Program-made: the position numbers and the translations under genes
Notes under the pieces: model-generated
What the model saw: the letters and a program-made list of their open reading frames with translations, nothing else
Databases searched by the model: none
Told to the model about the DNA's origin: nothing
DNA from: Chiloscyllium plagiosum
Taxonomy: Eukaryota
DNA length: 64,000 nt
Direction: 5' to 3'
Assembly: GCF_004010195.1 (NCBI RefSeq)
Contig: NC_057719.1
Coordinates: 79,805,030-79,869,029, forward strand
Part shown: in pieces, positions 1 to 13,324 of the stretch
Position numbering within the stretch: the stretch's first letter is position 1
Layout: the number at the start of each line of letters is the position of its first letter

Positions 1-251
1 ACTGTGGATATTGAAAGGAGGGAGGGTGGTTTTTGGGAAGGATGACAGATATTGGGGGGAAATAGTGGATATTTTGAGGGGGCGGATGGTGGAGCTTAGA
101 GAAGAGGGATGTTGGATATCTATGGTGGGGAGGGTTATGGTAGACATTGGGGTACTGGAAGAGTGGATGAGCACATATGTCGGATAGTAAGTATTATTGG
201 AAATTCTGTCACATGGACATCACTGTTGAATGTGACATACAATAGATTATA

Positions 252-432
252 GTCAGAAGGCACATAACACCAGGTTATAGTCCAACATGTATAATTGAAA
301 TCACAAGCTTTTGGAGTGCAGCTCTTTCATCGGGAGGAAGGAATAGTTCTCTGAAAGCTTGTTGGACTATAACCTGATAGCATGTGATTTCTGGCTTTGT
401 CCACTGCTGTCCAATACCGGCACCTCCACATC
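252..432. mobile_element. Degenerate fold-back element of the same family
   Basis: caggttatagtccaaca ... tgttggactataacctg inverted arms. Confidence 0.6.
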
Positions 433-840
433 ATCACAATAGACAATAACAGCTGATATCATCTCCCACAATGCCAGCACAACATCCATCACCCAGACCC
501 TGCACAAAGGTCCTTGCATATGTGTGCGCGCACACACACACACAAACACATCGACACACATATCAACACACACACACCTCCCAAATGTTGTACATGCAAC
601 CTTTGCACCACAAACCTACTAGGGAATGTTGAAAGTGAATTTTAATTGTGCATATACAATTCAGAGTGATTTCGATGGCAGTAGCTAACATTACCACTAG
701 CAGTAACAAGAATCAGGGTGAGTTAAGGAGAATGTTTTATCACAACGATTTATTGTCAATGACAATATGTGCCTAAACAAGTTAGGGCAGCTTTCAAAGG
801 GAAATTGAATTAAAACTTAAGGAAAGGTTTGCAGGGAAGA

Positions 841-1352
841 TATCCTAACCCAATCTAGTCCCATTTGCCAGCACTTGCCCCATATCCCTCTAAACCCTGC
901 AGATTCATGTATCCATCCAGCTGCTTATCAAATGTTGTAATTGTACCAGTCTCCATCACTTCCTCTGGCAGCTCATTCCACACACATAGCACCCTCTGTG
1001 TGAAATATTTGCCCCTTAGATCTCTTTTATATTCTTCCCTTCTCACCTTAAACCTATGCCCTCTAGTTCTGGACTCCCCCTCCCCAGGGAAAAGACTTTG
1101 TCTATTTATCCTATCTATACCCCCCATGATTTTGTAAACGTCTATAAGGTCATCCCCTCAGCCTCTGACGCTCCGGGGAAAACAGCCCCAGCCTGTTCAG
1201 CCTCTCCCTGTAGCTCTGATCCTCTAACCCTGGCAGCATCCTTGTAAATCTTTTCTGAACCCTTTCAAGTTTCACAACATCCTTTCTATAGGAAGGAGAC
1301 CAGAATTGCATGCAATATTCCAACAGTGGCCTAACCAATGTCCTGTACAGCC
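841..1352 (-). mobile_element. CR1-like (HER1-type) LINE 3' fragment
   Basis: VRPLLEYCMQFWSPSYRKDVVKLERVQKRFTRMLPGL; SRTRGHRFKV. Confidence 0.85.
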
Positions 1353-2009
1353 AAAAAGATTGTTAGCTTTCCAATGACGTGGGATGAGTCAGTGTTGGGA
1401 GAGTCAGGGTGAAATGGTTTGAGGTGAGAAGCTGCAGCATGAAGCCTTGAGGGCTATACTTGAGCAAGGTTGAAATGCTAAATAACTGAGGGCCTTTGGT
1501 GCCCCAGTCCCGACATCGGTCAAGCTACATTTTGAAGTTAACTGGGACTTTGGATTTGGAAGAGTATGTCTTCCTGTTGAGAATTTGAGATGAATAACAT
1601 TGAGGTTTGTTTTGACTGCGCAATGTTTTGAAACACTGTCACAGATTAGCTCAGCAGATCACTCAGCTCCAGGCCAAGTTTCACAAGAGTCAGGTTTCTG
1701 GTGACTTCCTTGAGAATTACGGTAGAGTCATACTGGAGAGAAAGAGGCCGTTTCACCCAGCACGCTGCTGCTGCCTCTTTTGAAGGAACTATCCAACTTC
1801 TTGGCAGATGCCATCAGCAGAGCCAGCGAGGGCAACTACAATGTGCAGTAAAGCTGGACACACAGCCATATCCAATATAAGAATGAAAAATTCAATCTAA
1901 GTATTGTTAGCAGCAGAACCACTTAGAAGGGGACAGTTGTGGACTGAGAATGCAAGTTCAGGAGCAGCAAATGTTCAGGAGCTGTGACAACTCCTGCCAT
2001 TTCCTTTTG

Positions 2010-2815
2010 AGAGTTTGCTTTCTTTTATTGGTCAGAGTATTGAGTACAGGAATTGGGAGATCATTTTGCGGCTGTACAGGACATTGGTTAAGCCACTTTT
2101 GGAATATTGCGTGCAATTCTGCTCTCCTTCCTATAGGAAGGATGTTGTGAAAGGGTTCAGAAAAGATTTACAAGGATGTTGCCAGGGTTGGAGGATTTGA
2201 GCTATAGGGAGAGGCTGAATAGGCTAGGGCTGTTTTCCCTGGAGTGTCGGAAGCTGAGGGGTGACCTTCTAGAGGTTTGTAAAAATCATGAGGGGTATGG
2301 ATAGGATAGATAGACAAGGTCTTTTCCCTGGGGTGGGGGAGTCCAGAACTAGAGGGCATAGGTTCAAGGTGAGAGGGGAAAGATATAAAAGAGACCTAAA
2401 GGGCAACATTTTCATGCAGAGGGTGGTACGTGTATGGAATGAGGAAGTGGTGGAGGCTGGTACAATTGCAACATTTAAAAGTTATCTGGATGGTATATGA
2501 ATAGGAAGGGTTTTGAGGGATATGGGGCAAGTGGGACTAGATTACGTTAGGATATCTGGTCGGCATGGACGAGTTGGACTGAAGGGTCTGTTTCCGTACT
2601 GTTCATCTCTATGACTCTATGAGTTGCCACTGAGGGCTGTGAAGGTTGGGTCATTAAGTATATTCAAGGCTGAGATATTTTTAATCAGTAAGGGAATCAA
2701 CGGCTATGGGCAAAAAAGGGGAATTGAAGATGATCAGATTAGCTCTGATCTCATTGAATGGCAGAGCAGACTTGGGCTGAATGGCCTACTTCTGCACCTA
2801 CATCTTATGATTTTG
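2010..2815 (+). mobile_element. CR1-like LINE 3' fragment(s)
   Basis: LYRTLVKPLLEYCVQF...SRTRGHRFKV and ctctatgactctatga tail; a second CR1-type tail follows at 2624-2815. Confidence 0.85.
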
Positions 2816-3049
2816 ATGTAAGGACGCAAATATACACATTTTAGAAGCTTTTAGTTTATTAAGGAACTGCCTGGTGTGCCTTAATGCATCAAGCAAATCA
2901 TTCTGCATATTTTAAAAATGTAACCATTTGTGTTGCACACAGATGGGGAGTTTACACTCTGAAGACAAAGGACAATGAGTGATGTGCATTGTCCCACAAT
3001 CACTGGGCGCCTCAAAGTGCTTCTTGACTGAGGAAGCACTGGGTTTGAA

Positions 3050-3390
3050 GCGTAATTGCTGTTGCAATGTCGCAAACACTACACAGAACATTGAACAACA
3101 CAGCGCAGTGCAGGCCCTTCGGCCCTCGATGTTGCACCGACCTGTGAACAGCTACACTGCACACAGCATGGTCCCACAAACAGCAAAGTGATAACAAACA
3201 GACTAAACGATAATGGCTGAAGGATAAATACTGGCTAGGGCACAGGCGAAAGCATCTCTCCTGGTCCTTAGAATAATGCCATGAGAACTTCTACATCCAC
3301 CCAGGCAAGTAGACAGAGCCTTGTTTTAATGTCTCACCTGAAAGACAGCACCTCCAACAGTGCGGCACTCCTTCAGTGCTGCATGGAGCC
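3050..3390 (-). mobile_element. Old DeuSINE-like (SacSINE1/AmnSINE1-type) element; related copies ~32040-32285, 37060-37420, 47380-47700, 63780-64000
   Basis: ctgaaagacagcacctccaacagtgcggcactccttcagtgctgca core recurs (e.g. 32142-32190). Family assignment is from recall, not a search. Confidence 0.5.
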
Positions 3391-5109
3391 TTGTTAAACT
3401 AATCATACTTTGTTATGGGAGGAACCAATTTTCAGCTGGATTAATCAAACTACACCAATTCTCCATTCTTGAATAGGCCAAGGGATATTTCTAGATATTT
3501 GCTCAATCTATTCAGAGCTGTTATTATACACCTCTGGAGGTAGGACTTGAAACTGAGTCTTGCAAGACAGTGGTAGGGACTTTGCCACTGCACCACAACA
3601 GCCCTGAGAGATATTTTTAAAGCACACTCTTCTTTTTTTTCTGATAGCACTGATTCATGACAGTTTTATGCAAATGTGTTGGAGTGGTGGCTCATGGGGG
3701 TGGAAGGTGGGATGGGTAATTCATCCCCATAGCCCATTGAGTCCGCACTGACCCTCTGAGGAGCATCCCACCCACAGCCACCCTATCCCTGTAACCCTGC
3801 ATTTCCCATGGCTAACCCACCTAGCCTGTACCTCTTTGGACTGCGGGAGGAAACTGGGGCATCTGGAAGAAACCCATGCGACACAGAGAGAGAATGAGCT
3901 ACAGTGCTGCCCCACTTTATTCAAAACCTGTGCAACTTAAATCCAGATCGTTGCCCACACTTAAAGTGGAGTCTTGACTACTCCACCTATAGCAGTCACT
4001 CATGAGTGGACATAGCCAACAGCAGTTCACAACAACAGCTGACTTAACTGAGTCCTGCGAAACAGTCCAAGGCATTTAACACTGAGACAGATGTAGGGAG
4101 GAGCGAGATCAGAGAGGCATTGGGACAACACAGTGACATTTTAATATTGAGGTGTTGCCAAACCAGATCCCACTGCAGGGCACAGTGGGTGATGGGTAAA
4201 GAGGACAGCTCAGGTTAAGATACAGAGATGCAGTGTAGGTTCAATGTGTCCCATTGGGAAAGCAAAGAGTTAACAAACCTGCAGAGGCTCCAAAGCAGCC
4301 TGAGCCAGCTAGACGAGAGCAAATGACTCATCGGTTATCCTTTAGCAAAGCCTCGAGCACAAAACAATCTCATATTGTGGAGATAAGCCTCACAGAGAGG
4401 CCTTATGTGCACAACTGAGTTCTTAGAATGGCAACATTGCTGCAGGTGTTAAGAACACCATTAAGAACCAGACCTCACCTCTGCAGCCTCAGGCACAAGA
4501 CAGCACTGAGATCACGTCCAACGGCAAGTCAGCTTTGATTAAAAAAATACAATAGCAAACACTTCTCTTCAAGTATAGTCAGAGCGCTGACCTGCAATTC
4601 CTCGCACAGATTTAACTTCAACACCAAAACTCACCGGCTTTGGTGTCTGCTTGGTGAGAAGGTGGGGTCATGGCACTGGCCACGGTTACAGTGCTTGGGG
4701 GGGTTCACAGGAGACCCCCCCCTCCCCCCCAACATAGACTACACTAGCCACGTTCACAGTGACTGCCAGTTCAAACTAATCCTTGAAGGGTGGGGTTGAA
4801 ACACAGGAAGGACAGCTACAACTTTGCACTCAACAAGCTTACAAAACAAACTGCGATGGAGTGCCCTCACCAATGCCAGTTCAATAAGGTCAAGTGCAGA
4901 ATTAACATTGATCAGTATCACCCGCATCCTCAGCTGGGCTTTAAATAATGCTCTACCACCTTGGCAGACAAGTTGCAGAGTCACATCCAAGAGATGGGTG
5001 GGTGGTTGCAGTATTCCTACAGGTGATGACTAGCCTGCTGTTACTTCCTATGTAAGATCATAAACAGAGATATCATCCTGTTAGAGGGCTTGCTGCCTTT
5101 CAGTTTCAC

Positions 5110-5420
5110 AGAGTCCCTAAAGTGTGGAAGCAGTCCATTTGGCCCATTGAGTGCTCAATGAACCCCCGCAGGGCACCCCTCTCAGACAAATGCCCCATCC
5201 TTTTCCCATAACCCTGCATTTTCCCTGGCTAATCCACCTAGTCTGTACATCCCTGGACACTATGGGGCAGTTTAACATGGCCAATAGACCTAAACTGCAT
5301 ATCTTTGCACTGTGGGAGGATGTGCAAACTCCGCAATAGACAGTAGCCTGAGGGTGGAATTGAACCTGGGTCCCTGGCACTGTGAGGCGGCAGTGCTGAC
5401 CACTAAGCCACCGTGCCGCC
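5110..5420 (-). mobile_element. HE1-type tRNA-derived V-SINE
   Basis: ggcggcacggtggcttagtgg head, B-box-like ggttcaattcc, tail shared with the CR1-like LINE. Confidence 0.8.
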
Positions 5421-6377
5421 GTCACCACCACCCTCCCTCCCACAACATCCCAACAAAACCAGGAGATCACGCTCTGAGTGGATGTGGCTAGTGAGGAGTC
5501 TTGCTCACAGACAGTGAATTGGTAGGGAGCAATGGACACTGTGGGAAGCACTGGAGATGGTGACCCAGCTTCTGAAATGGAGGAGCAGACCCCATCTTCC
5601 TGGCTGAAGGATAGTGAATAAAGAGCCTCGCTGTCTTACAGTAATTTTTAAACGTAGGGGTGAGAGTCTCCTGCTCTACTTTCACTGCCCCCCCTCCCGT
5701 TTCACCTCATCATCTTACCCCTCCCACCCTATCCCCCCTTCCCTTTTCCCCGCACTATATTTTCCCTCCCACTCTGCCCCATTCTCACTGACGTGTCATT
5801 GGACGCCCAGCCCTGAAACTCACACTCCTTCTCCAGTTTCACCCCTCCCCATCACGGTCCTCTGCCCTCATGCACCCCAGCCCAAACTCCAAGTACTCCC
5901 TGGTTTTACCTACCTCTTGGCTCACGGCATCCCCTCCATCACCCCCACCCCCACCTGGGGACGTGGGAGTGTCAACTGCAACACCAGGTGTGAGGTCAAG
6001 CAACTAAAGGGTTAAATGAACTGGTTTTGCTGCTTGTTGAGTGAGTTAACACAGTGGCGTACTTCAATTTCTGTTTGGCACCCTATGGGGGTGGCAAGGG
6101 GACCAGGAGGACACCGGCAGAGTACTGTTTCATGGCATCTAGCTTATGATGGTTGGGTGAAATGCTTGCCCCCCCAGCCCCAGCCCCTGCCCATGCCACA
6201 CCCTCAGGTACCACCTCTATCACAATTAGTGCCCATGTGCAGACATCACACTGTCCATGCATGTCCTAATCGCTGCAGGTAGTTTTGGGAGAGTCATGCT
6301 TGCAGCTGGAGTGATGACTCAGCTCTCTAAATATAGAGCAGCATATAAACACAGACAAGGCAGGCAGACAGGAGCAG

Positions 6378-6467
6378 TCACCACCGCACTAATCTACTGC
6401 ACGCACCACTTACAAAGACATCGCTGTAGACAAACAGCCACCCGGGCCTGTTGCTGATAAGGGCTTG
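6378..6467 (-). CDS. Candidate terminal coding exon of the BMF-like gene (QALISNRPGWLFVYSDVFVSGACSRLVRW*)
   Basis: Acceptor ctgctttccttaaccaacag, phase 0 compatible. N6, R7 and W10 align ungapped with the human last exon HQQNQNRVWW, and the length is similar. Similarity is weak; the true exon may lie outside the window. Confidence 0.3.
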   Translation of the reverse strand, partial: QALISNRPGWLFVYSDVFVSGACSRLVRW

Positions 6468-6724
6468 CTGTTGGTTAAGGAAAGCAGGTCAAAGTGCTGG
6501 CCCGCTCGCAACAACGGCACTGGGCTCTCACCCCTCAGGCTAAAGATTTTCCAGAGTCACAACACCTCCTCCTTCCCCAAGTCAGCTTACTGCACTCCCC
6601 CCAACACTGTGTGCCCATACCCCTGCCCGGCCCTCACTCAGAGTAGCCCTGATCTAGTCCCATCTTAGTAGGGTGGGAGAAACAGGTACTCTTTCCTTCA
6701 AAGTCCCCTGCAACTTGCCATTGA

Positions 6725-7040
6725 AAACGGTGGCTCAGTGGTTAGCACTGCTGCTTCACAGCGCCAGGGACCTGGGTTCGATTCCACTCTCAGGCGACAG
6801 TCTGCGCGGGTCCCCTCTGGGTGCTCCAGCTTCCTCCCGCAGTCCAAAGATGTGCAGGTTAGGTGGATTGGCCGTGCTAAATTGTCCATAGTGTCCAATG
6901 CTGTGCAGGCTGGGGTGGCGGGTGTGGCTAGCCATGGGGAATGTGGAGTTACAGGGAAAGGATGGGTCTGGGTGGGATGCTCTTCAAAGGGTTGGTGTGG
7001 ACTCAATGGGCAGAATGGCCTGCTTCCACACTGTAGGGAT
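6725..7040 (+). mobile_element. HE1-type V-SINE
   Basis: ggtggctcagtggttagcactgctg...ggttcgattcc...cagtccaaagatgtgcagg. Confidence 0.8.
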
Positions 7041-7162
7041 ACTATGGAAATAAGAAGTGGGTGCAAAAATTCTACATGAAATACTCCTACAGGAATAATG
7101 CAGAGGAAATGGTCCAGTGGTATCATACCTGGACTACTAACCCAGAGATTAGGAGAAAACAA

Positions 7163-7690
7163 TGACTGCAGATGCTGGACATGAAAGTTGAAAAGTGTGG
7201 CGCTGGAAAATCACAACAGATCAGTCAGCATCTGAGGAGCAGGAGAATCAACGTTTCAGGCAAGAGTGCTTCATCAGGAATGAGAAGAGGGAAAGCAGGG
7301 GGGTTGGGGTATGGAGCAGGGAAGACAATATGCAGGTAAGGGGGTGATGGTGATAGGTCGGAGTGGAGGGTGGAACAGATAGGTGGGAAGGAAGATGGAC
7401 AGGTAAGACAGTTCAAGAGGTGGTGCTGAGTCAGAAGGTTGGATCTGGGATGAGATGGGGGATGGGGAGATGAGGAAACTGGTGAAATCAACTTTGATGC
7501 CACGTGGTTGGAGAGTCCCAAGGCGGAAGATGAGCCATTCTCCCTTCAGGCATCTGGTGGCTTGGATTTGGTGGTGAAGGAGGCCCATGACTTGCACATG
7601 CTTGGCGGAGTGGGAGGGGGAGGTGAAGTGGTTGGCCACAGAACGCCAACTAACAAAACATTTCAAGGAACATCTCTGGAACACACATCA
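7163..7690 (-). mobile_element. Penelope-like element 3' remnant (GIY-YIG C-terminus plus degenerate HHR)
   Basis: VANHFTSPSHS...GLLH...LIFRLGTLQPRGIKVDFTSF; ctgatgaagcactcttgcctgaaacgtt near 7246-7281. Confidence 0.75.
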
Positions 7691-7729
7691 AACAACCCCA
7701 GCACCCCCTTTTCCAGCGCCACACTTTTC

Positions 7730-8030
7730 GACTATTAATCCAGAGACCCAGGTGATATTCTGGGGGACCAGAGTTCAAATCCTGTCAAGCACATGGCGAA
7801 ATTTAAAGGCAACAAAATCCAGAATTAAGACTCAATTGATTCTCTGCCAATTGTTGGGGGGCGGGGAATCTAAATGGTTCACTCACGTCTTTTAGGGAAG
7901 GAAACAGCAGCCCTTACCTAGTGTGGCATACACTTGACTCTTGACCCAAGTGGTTGACTCTCTGTGGGCAATTATGGATGGGCAATAAATGCTGGCTTAG
8001 CCAGTGATGCCCACACCCTGAATAAAAAAA
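7730..8030 (+). mobile_element. Second SINE family (related copies ~8455-9050 -, 22310-22670 -, 31270-31500 +)
   Basis: gactattaatccagagacccag...gttcaaatcc...ctttagggaaggaa...gggcaataaatgctggc...aataaaaaaaa. Confidence 0.6.
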
Positions 8031-9060
8031 AGTAATGAGCCTTCACAAAGTACTTCATTAGCCGAAAAACACTTTGGGCCACACAGAGACCTTGAACAGA
8101 CCTAATCTAAACGGAAGTACTTGTTTCGAAACAGGTCCATTTCTCACCCTCAACAAGGTTTTGGTTTTATTTTGATGGGAGGATGACAGAAGGAAGTCAC
8201 ATTCAGAGTCACAGTCACAATCCTAGCCACTGCCTGTGATTCTGTGCGGGTTTCCTCCGGGTGCTCCGGTTTCCTCCCACAGTCCAAAGCTGTGCAGGTC
8301 AGTTGGACTGGCCATGCCCAAGCGTTCAGCCCGCACATTCAGGTAGAATAGGGGCACTGTGGAGGGGGGGGAGAGCGCGTAGACCGGTGCAAGGGCCAGG
8401 AATGGATCCCCTAAGTGTGGGTGACCAGGATTTTATTCAAAAAACCGTTTGTGGAATGGGAGTGTTGCTGGCTGACCCAACAGTTATTCCGAATTGCCCA
8501 GAGGCCAATTAAGAGTCAACCACATTGCTGTTGGTATGGAGTCATTTGTGGGGCCAGAGTCACAGGTAAGGAAGGTAAATTTTCTTCCCTCACAGGCTTT
8601 GAAGTTGTCATTAAAGCATGATGAGGAGAAATGTATTCTCCTAGAACGTGGTGCATCTGTGGAATTCTTTACCTCAGAGGGCTGTCGTGGTTGGGTGGTA
8701 TATTCAAGGCTGAGATAGACGAGGTTTTTAATTAGGAAGGTAATCAAGGGTTACAAGGAAAAGGTAGGAAAGTGGAGTTGAGGATTTTTAGATCAGCCAT
8801 GATGTCATTGAACAGAGGAGGAGATGGACTGAATAGCTTATTTCTGCTCCTATATCTGTGGTCATACTAGTGAACCAGACAATCATCGATAATTAGTTAC
8901 ATGGTCATCATTAGGTTAACTTTTAATTCCAGATCTTTATTGAATTCAAATGTCATTCTCCGCTGCCATGAAATTTGAAGGTATGTCCCCAGAACATTAG
9001 CCTGGGGTTTCAGATTGCTCTTCGAGTAACATTACCACTAGGTCACTGCCTCCCCTATAT

Positions 9061-9331
9061 CAAGTTGAAAATCACACAACACCAGGTTATAATCCAACAG
9101 GTTTATTTGGAAACACTAGCTTTCGGAGCGCCGCTCCTCCATCAGATGGTTGTGTGGTACATAATTGTACTCCACAACTGTGTCTTACAATTGTGTACTC
9201 CACAACCACCTGATGAAGGAGTGTCGCTCCGAAAGCTAGTGCTTCCAATTAAACCTGTTGGACTATAACCTGGTGTTGTGTGATTTTTAACTTTGTACAC
9301 CCCAGTCCAACACAAGCTTCTCCAAATCATG
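9061..9331. mobile_element. Fold-back (inverted-repeat) PLE-type element with a hammerhead motif on each strand
   Basis: Arms ~9062-9166 and ~9189-9294 are reverse complements, with HHR motifs at 9114-9148(-) and 9207-9241(+). Confidence 0.7.
9207..9241 (+). ncRNA. Minimal type I hammerhead ribozyme, intact core (fold-back element)
   Basis: CAC-CUGAUGA-A-GGAG-ugucg-CUCC-GAAA-GC-UA^GUG: helix I CAC/GUG, palindromic AGCU. Confidence 0.72.
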
Positions 9332-9454
9332 ACGTCCCCTATATCAGGCAGCGCGATGCCCCTTCCTCCTAAGCTGTCCAGCCACAGTCGGGATTTCTGA
9401 CAGAGGCTGGAGAAGCTGGAAGTAGCTGGGCAGAGACATGGGTTGCATTTAAAA

Positions 9455-9830
9455 CACAGAAAATAGGAGCAGGAGTAGGCCATTCGGCCCTTCCAGCCTG
9501 CATGACCATTCAATATTCATGGCTGATCATGTCACTTCAGTATCCCACTCCCGCTTTCGCTCTGTAACCCCTTGACCCCTTTAGCCGCAAGAGCCATGTC
9601 CAGTTCCCTGTTGAACATATCTAATGAACTGGCCCTAACAGCTTCATGTGGTAGAGAATTCCACAGGTTCACGACTCAGAGTGACGAAATTCTTCCTCAT
9701 CTTAATCCTGAATGGCTTACCCTTTATTGTTAGCTTGTGATCCCTAGTTCTGGACTTCCCCAACATTGGGAATATTTTTTCCAGCATCTAGCCTCTCCAG
9801 CGCCATCAGGATTTTATATGTTTCTATTTG
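9455..9830 (-). mobile_element. CR1-like LINE 3' fragment
   Basis: gtccagaactaggg motif and gaatggcctactcctgctcct tail on the minus strand. Confidence 0.7.
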
Positions 9831-12800
9831 ATTCCGTTCCGTTCACTGGGCAGTAAATGAGAACCACGTGGCCTGATTGAGACTAAAGTTCTCAACCCGC
9901 TGTCTTGTCACATCTGGGTTTATCATAGACTGACTAGTGGAGGTTGATCATTGGATTAGTCAACATCTCCATTACTGACATACCATGTAATTACCAGGAT
10001 GATCAGAGGGAAACTGGGATGTAGAGGTAGCTTGATCACGATGGAGCGATTCCATGTCCCAGTGTTGAGTTCTTGTGGTCAGTGTAGGACTGACATCGAT
10101 TGCATCAGATAGAGAAATAAGTGGTTGGCAGCCAGGGAGTTCCAGGCAGTAACCCTCATGGTTTATGATGGTTTACCAAATACAAACCACCAACGTATGC
10201 TCCTGATTCAGTCGTGGTTTTATTTTACCATCAGTCACAGGGTCCTTTAGCATGTGTTGCTTTCAAACCCAACAGATAAGTGCGACAACTTCATTTCAAG
10301 CAGACTCTTCCAATTCCAATCTTTCAGATTCCTTTCGCTGCACCATTGACTAAGGTGCCTTTGGTTATCTAGGATTTCTCTCCTGAACGTCTTCACCTCC
10401 CCACCCTCCTTCTCTTCCTTTCTTGGCAGATGCCTATGGGCGTCTGTCCCAGTGTCTCCTTACAGGGCTCAGCGTCAAATAGCACTCTTGTGAAAGAGCC
10501 CTCGGACATTTCACTCCATTGAAGGTGCTGTATTAATAGCAGCTTTATTCTGTAAGGCTTTCCTCAAGGGTAGGCTTCTCTGTGATGATGCCTCCGTGGG
10601 AGTTCCTCAGCTATGCTGGGGGAGAAGCTTTCTGGCACTGCCTTATAATGTCCATTTGCCCTGTGTGAGCCTGCACAGACAATGTCAAGCACACTAAGCA
10701 GTCACAGCAAGCAGCACAGTCAGGCCTATTCTGGTCCTCAGTTGGTTTCTACAGGGGTCACTGGCTGTTTTCCACACCCCACTTTAGACATAATGGGGAC
10801 CACTGCGACAGCTGTCATGCTTAGATCCACTAAGAAGGAATTGAATATAGGATCAAAATATATCAACCTGCAGGGTTTTTGTGAGGCAGTCTTCATACAT
10901 TCAAGTTTCTCAAAGGAAGATTCCACGCTAATATAGCACGGTGATGACTGCCCAACATAAGAGTTTCACTTGCAACTCCACAGGTAATGCAACAGTGAGA
11001 TGTGAACCCACAACCCTCCTATTGTGGCACAGTCAATGGTTTGGACGTACAGTCAGGAGGATGGGAAGTGTGGGGCCAAATTGCGAGCAGAACAACAATC
11101 TCCAAAATAATCGATTTTGGGTCAAATACCTGACGGTGAGTACAGGTGAGAAAGATGCTTTGACCCAGCCAAATACACCTGAGGTCAACAAGAACCAAAA
11201 CTTCAATCTTTTAGTGATAGATGGATGGAGAAAGGAGAGAGGGAGATGGATGAATAAGAGAGGGAGAGATGGTTAGAGAGAGAGGAAGACAGAGAGACAG
11301 AGACAGAGAGGGACATGAAGAGATGGATTATAATTCAAGAAGTGTGGAAGTAGCTTTTTTAGCTGCATCTGATCAGAGAATGTTTCATGAGAGCAGTGCG
11401 TCATTATAAAATATATCCAATTCTCCAGTATCCAACTCCTAACTAACGGAAGCAAACATCACTGAAGTGCTGGACACATGCAAACTCTGTAATTTTTTAA
11501 ACTAGTATCCTGCAGGCTAGAATCCGATTGCAGTCAATTGCCCCTGGTGCCAGCTCTTTGATACAACTAATCCAATGAACCATACTCTCGCCACTCCTCA
11601 CCCATTACCACATTGCAAGGTACAGTGCAAAACTCAATAGAGTCATGCTGGAGAGATTGGAACCATATCCTCGTGTTTAAATATAACTAATACAATGTGC
11701 TAAATGTTTTCCATTAGAAACCAGAATCAATTGTTACAAAACATTCAGTTGAGGTTTTCATAAATAAAACGCACAAAGAAACCATAAATTTTAGGTTTCA
11801 TCTTGCCTATTGCAGGTACTATTCCAGGTTTACTAAGGACTATAATGTTTACCTTTTTATAGTACTAGCTATTTGGCTACAGAGACACACACAGACACAC
11901 ACAGACACACACACACACACACAAACACACACCAGACTCTTATCCTTCCATCCATTTATAACCAAGCATCTCTATTGGCATGCCAAGTGTCACTTCCTGG
12001 CACACCGCCCCGTGCCCTGGCTCAGAACTTGGACTATTAATGCTATTTACGAACTGTTGTCACAGGCTGCGTAAATGTTCTCTGTGCTTCAAGTGGAGCT
12101 ACCTGCACCTCCCACCAACGCACACGCTCTTCAGGTCAAACTGGAACATCCAATTACATGAGATGGGTCAATGAAATATGAAGTAAAGCAAGTAGTGACT
12201 GTCCCTGAGCCTTGTGTTGGGAAAAAAAAATTATTGAGGGTCATTCATATCCCTGGCTGTACAGTATTCAGAGGCACTTTTAGGCTATTTACAGTCAAGC
12301 ACTGTGAGTAAAGGAAGGAATCCCTTCCCCTTTACAGTCACGGAACAGTATTCTAGTACAAGTAAAATTCTAGCCTCAGTAATCAGCCCACACAAACACA
12401 CTGCGTTACTGATTGTATCTCTACTGACCGAGTATTCCACAGATTCACCACAGTCCAAGTGAAGAGATTTCTGTTCATATCAGTCTGAAATAGTCTACCC
12501 CTTATCCAGATAGTAATTTCCTTCATCTCTCCTTCTCAATAGACCCTTCCTTTCCTACAGTTTTTGGGATGTTATTTGCGTCTTCTTCTGTGAAATCAGA
12601 ACTAAAGTAGCTATATTAATTCCACTGAGTTTTCCTTTTCTCTCTGAAATCAATTCTCCCGTTTTGTGCTTTAAGAAAGCATTTATGTTCACTAATCTTT
12701 TTAAATTTTTTACATACTTTTAAAAGCATTTACAGTCCATACTGTTGTGTTCCTTGCAAGTTTACTCTCATAGTTTATTATTCCCCACTTCATTCATTTC

Positions 12801-13324
12801 TTAGATCTCTGTTGCAGAATTCAAAACTGCTCCCAATCCTCAGGCAACTTTATATGCTTTCTCTTTATATCTAATCTTATTCATAATTACTTGATTTAGC
12901 CAACTTTGGATCACTTTTCCTGTTGTAGGCTTTGCACCAGAAATGAATGCATAGCTATTGAAATACATGCATTAGTTCATTAAATATTATCCATCACTTA
13001 TCCACTGTCATGCTGTCAACCCCTTCACATGATCACCCAGTGGCCACTCTTCCCAGAGCACTTAGTGTTACTGACTATCTCTACTGGTCCTTCATGATAC
13101 AGACAGGTTTGGCGACAAAATATTTCACTGTTCCGATAAACTACAGTTGCTTTGGGCCAATGCATTCTAAGGTTGCATTCAATGTCCATACGTGTAAGAG
13201 AAAGGGCTCATTGGTGACCATGTCTAAAGGAGGCAGAATAACCAATTGCACAGCTCCAGCACATCAAATCACAATTGGTGTTATCTATGTATGATCGCTC
13301 CTCATTTCACAGTTTACGACCTAC

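Noticed and set aside
2881..2958. Good acceptor followed by SVNSPSVCNTNGYIFK... as terminal exon
   Set aside because: No resemblance to BMF C-termini.
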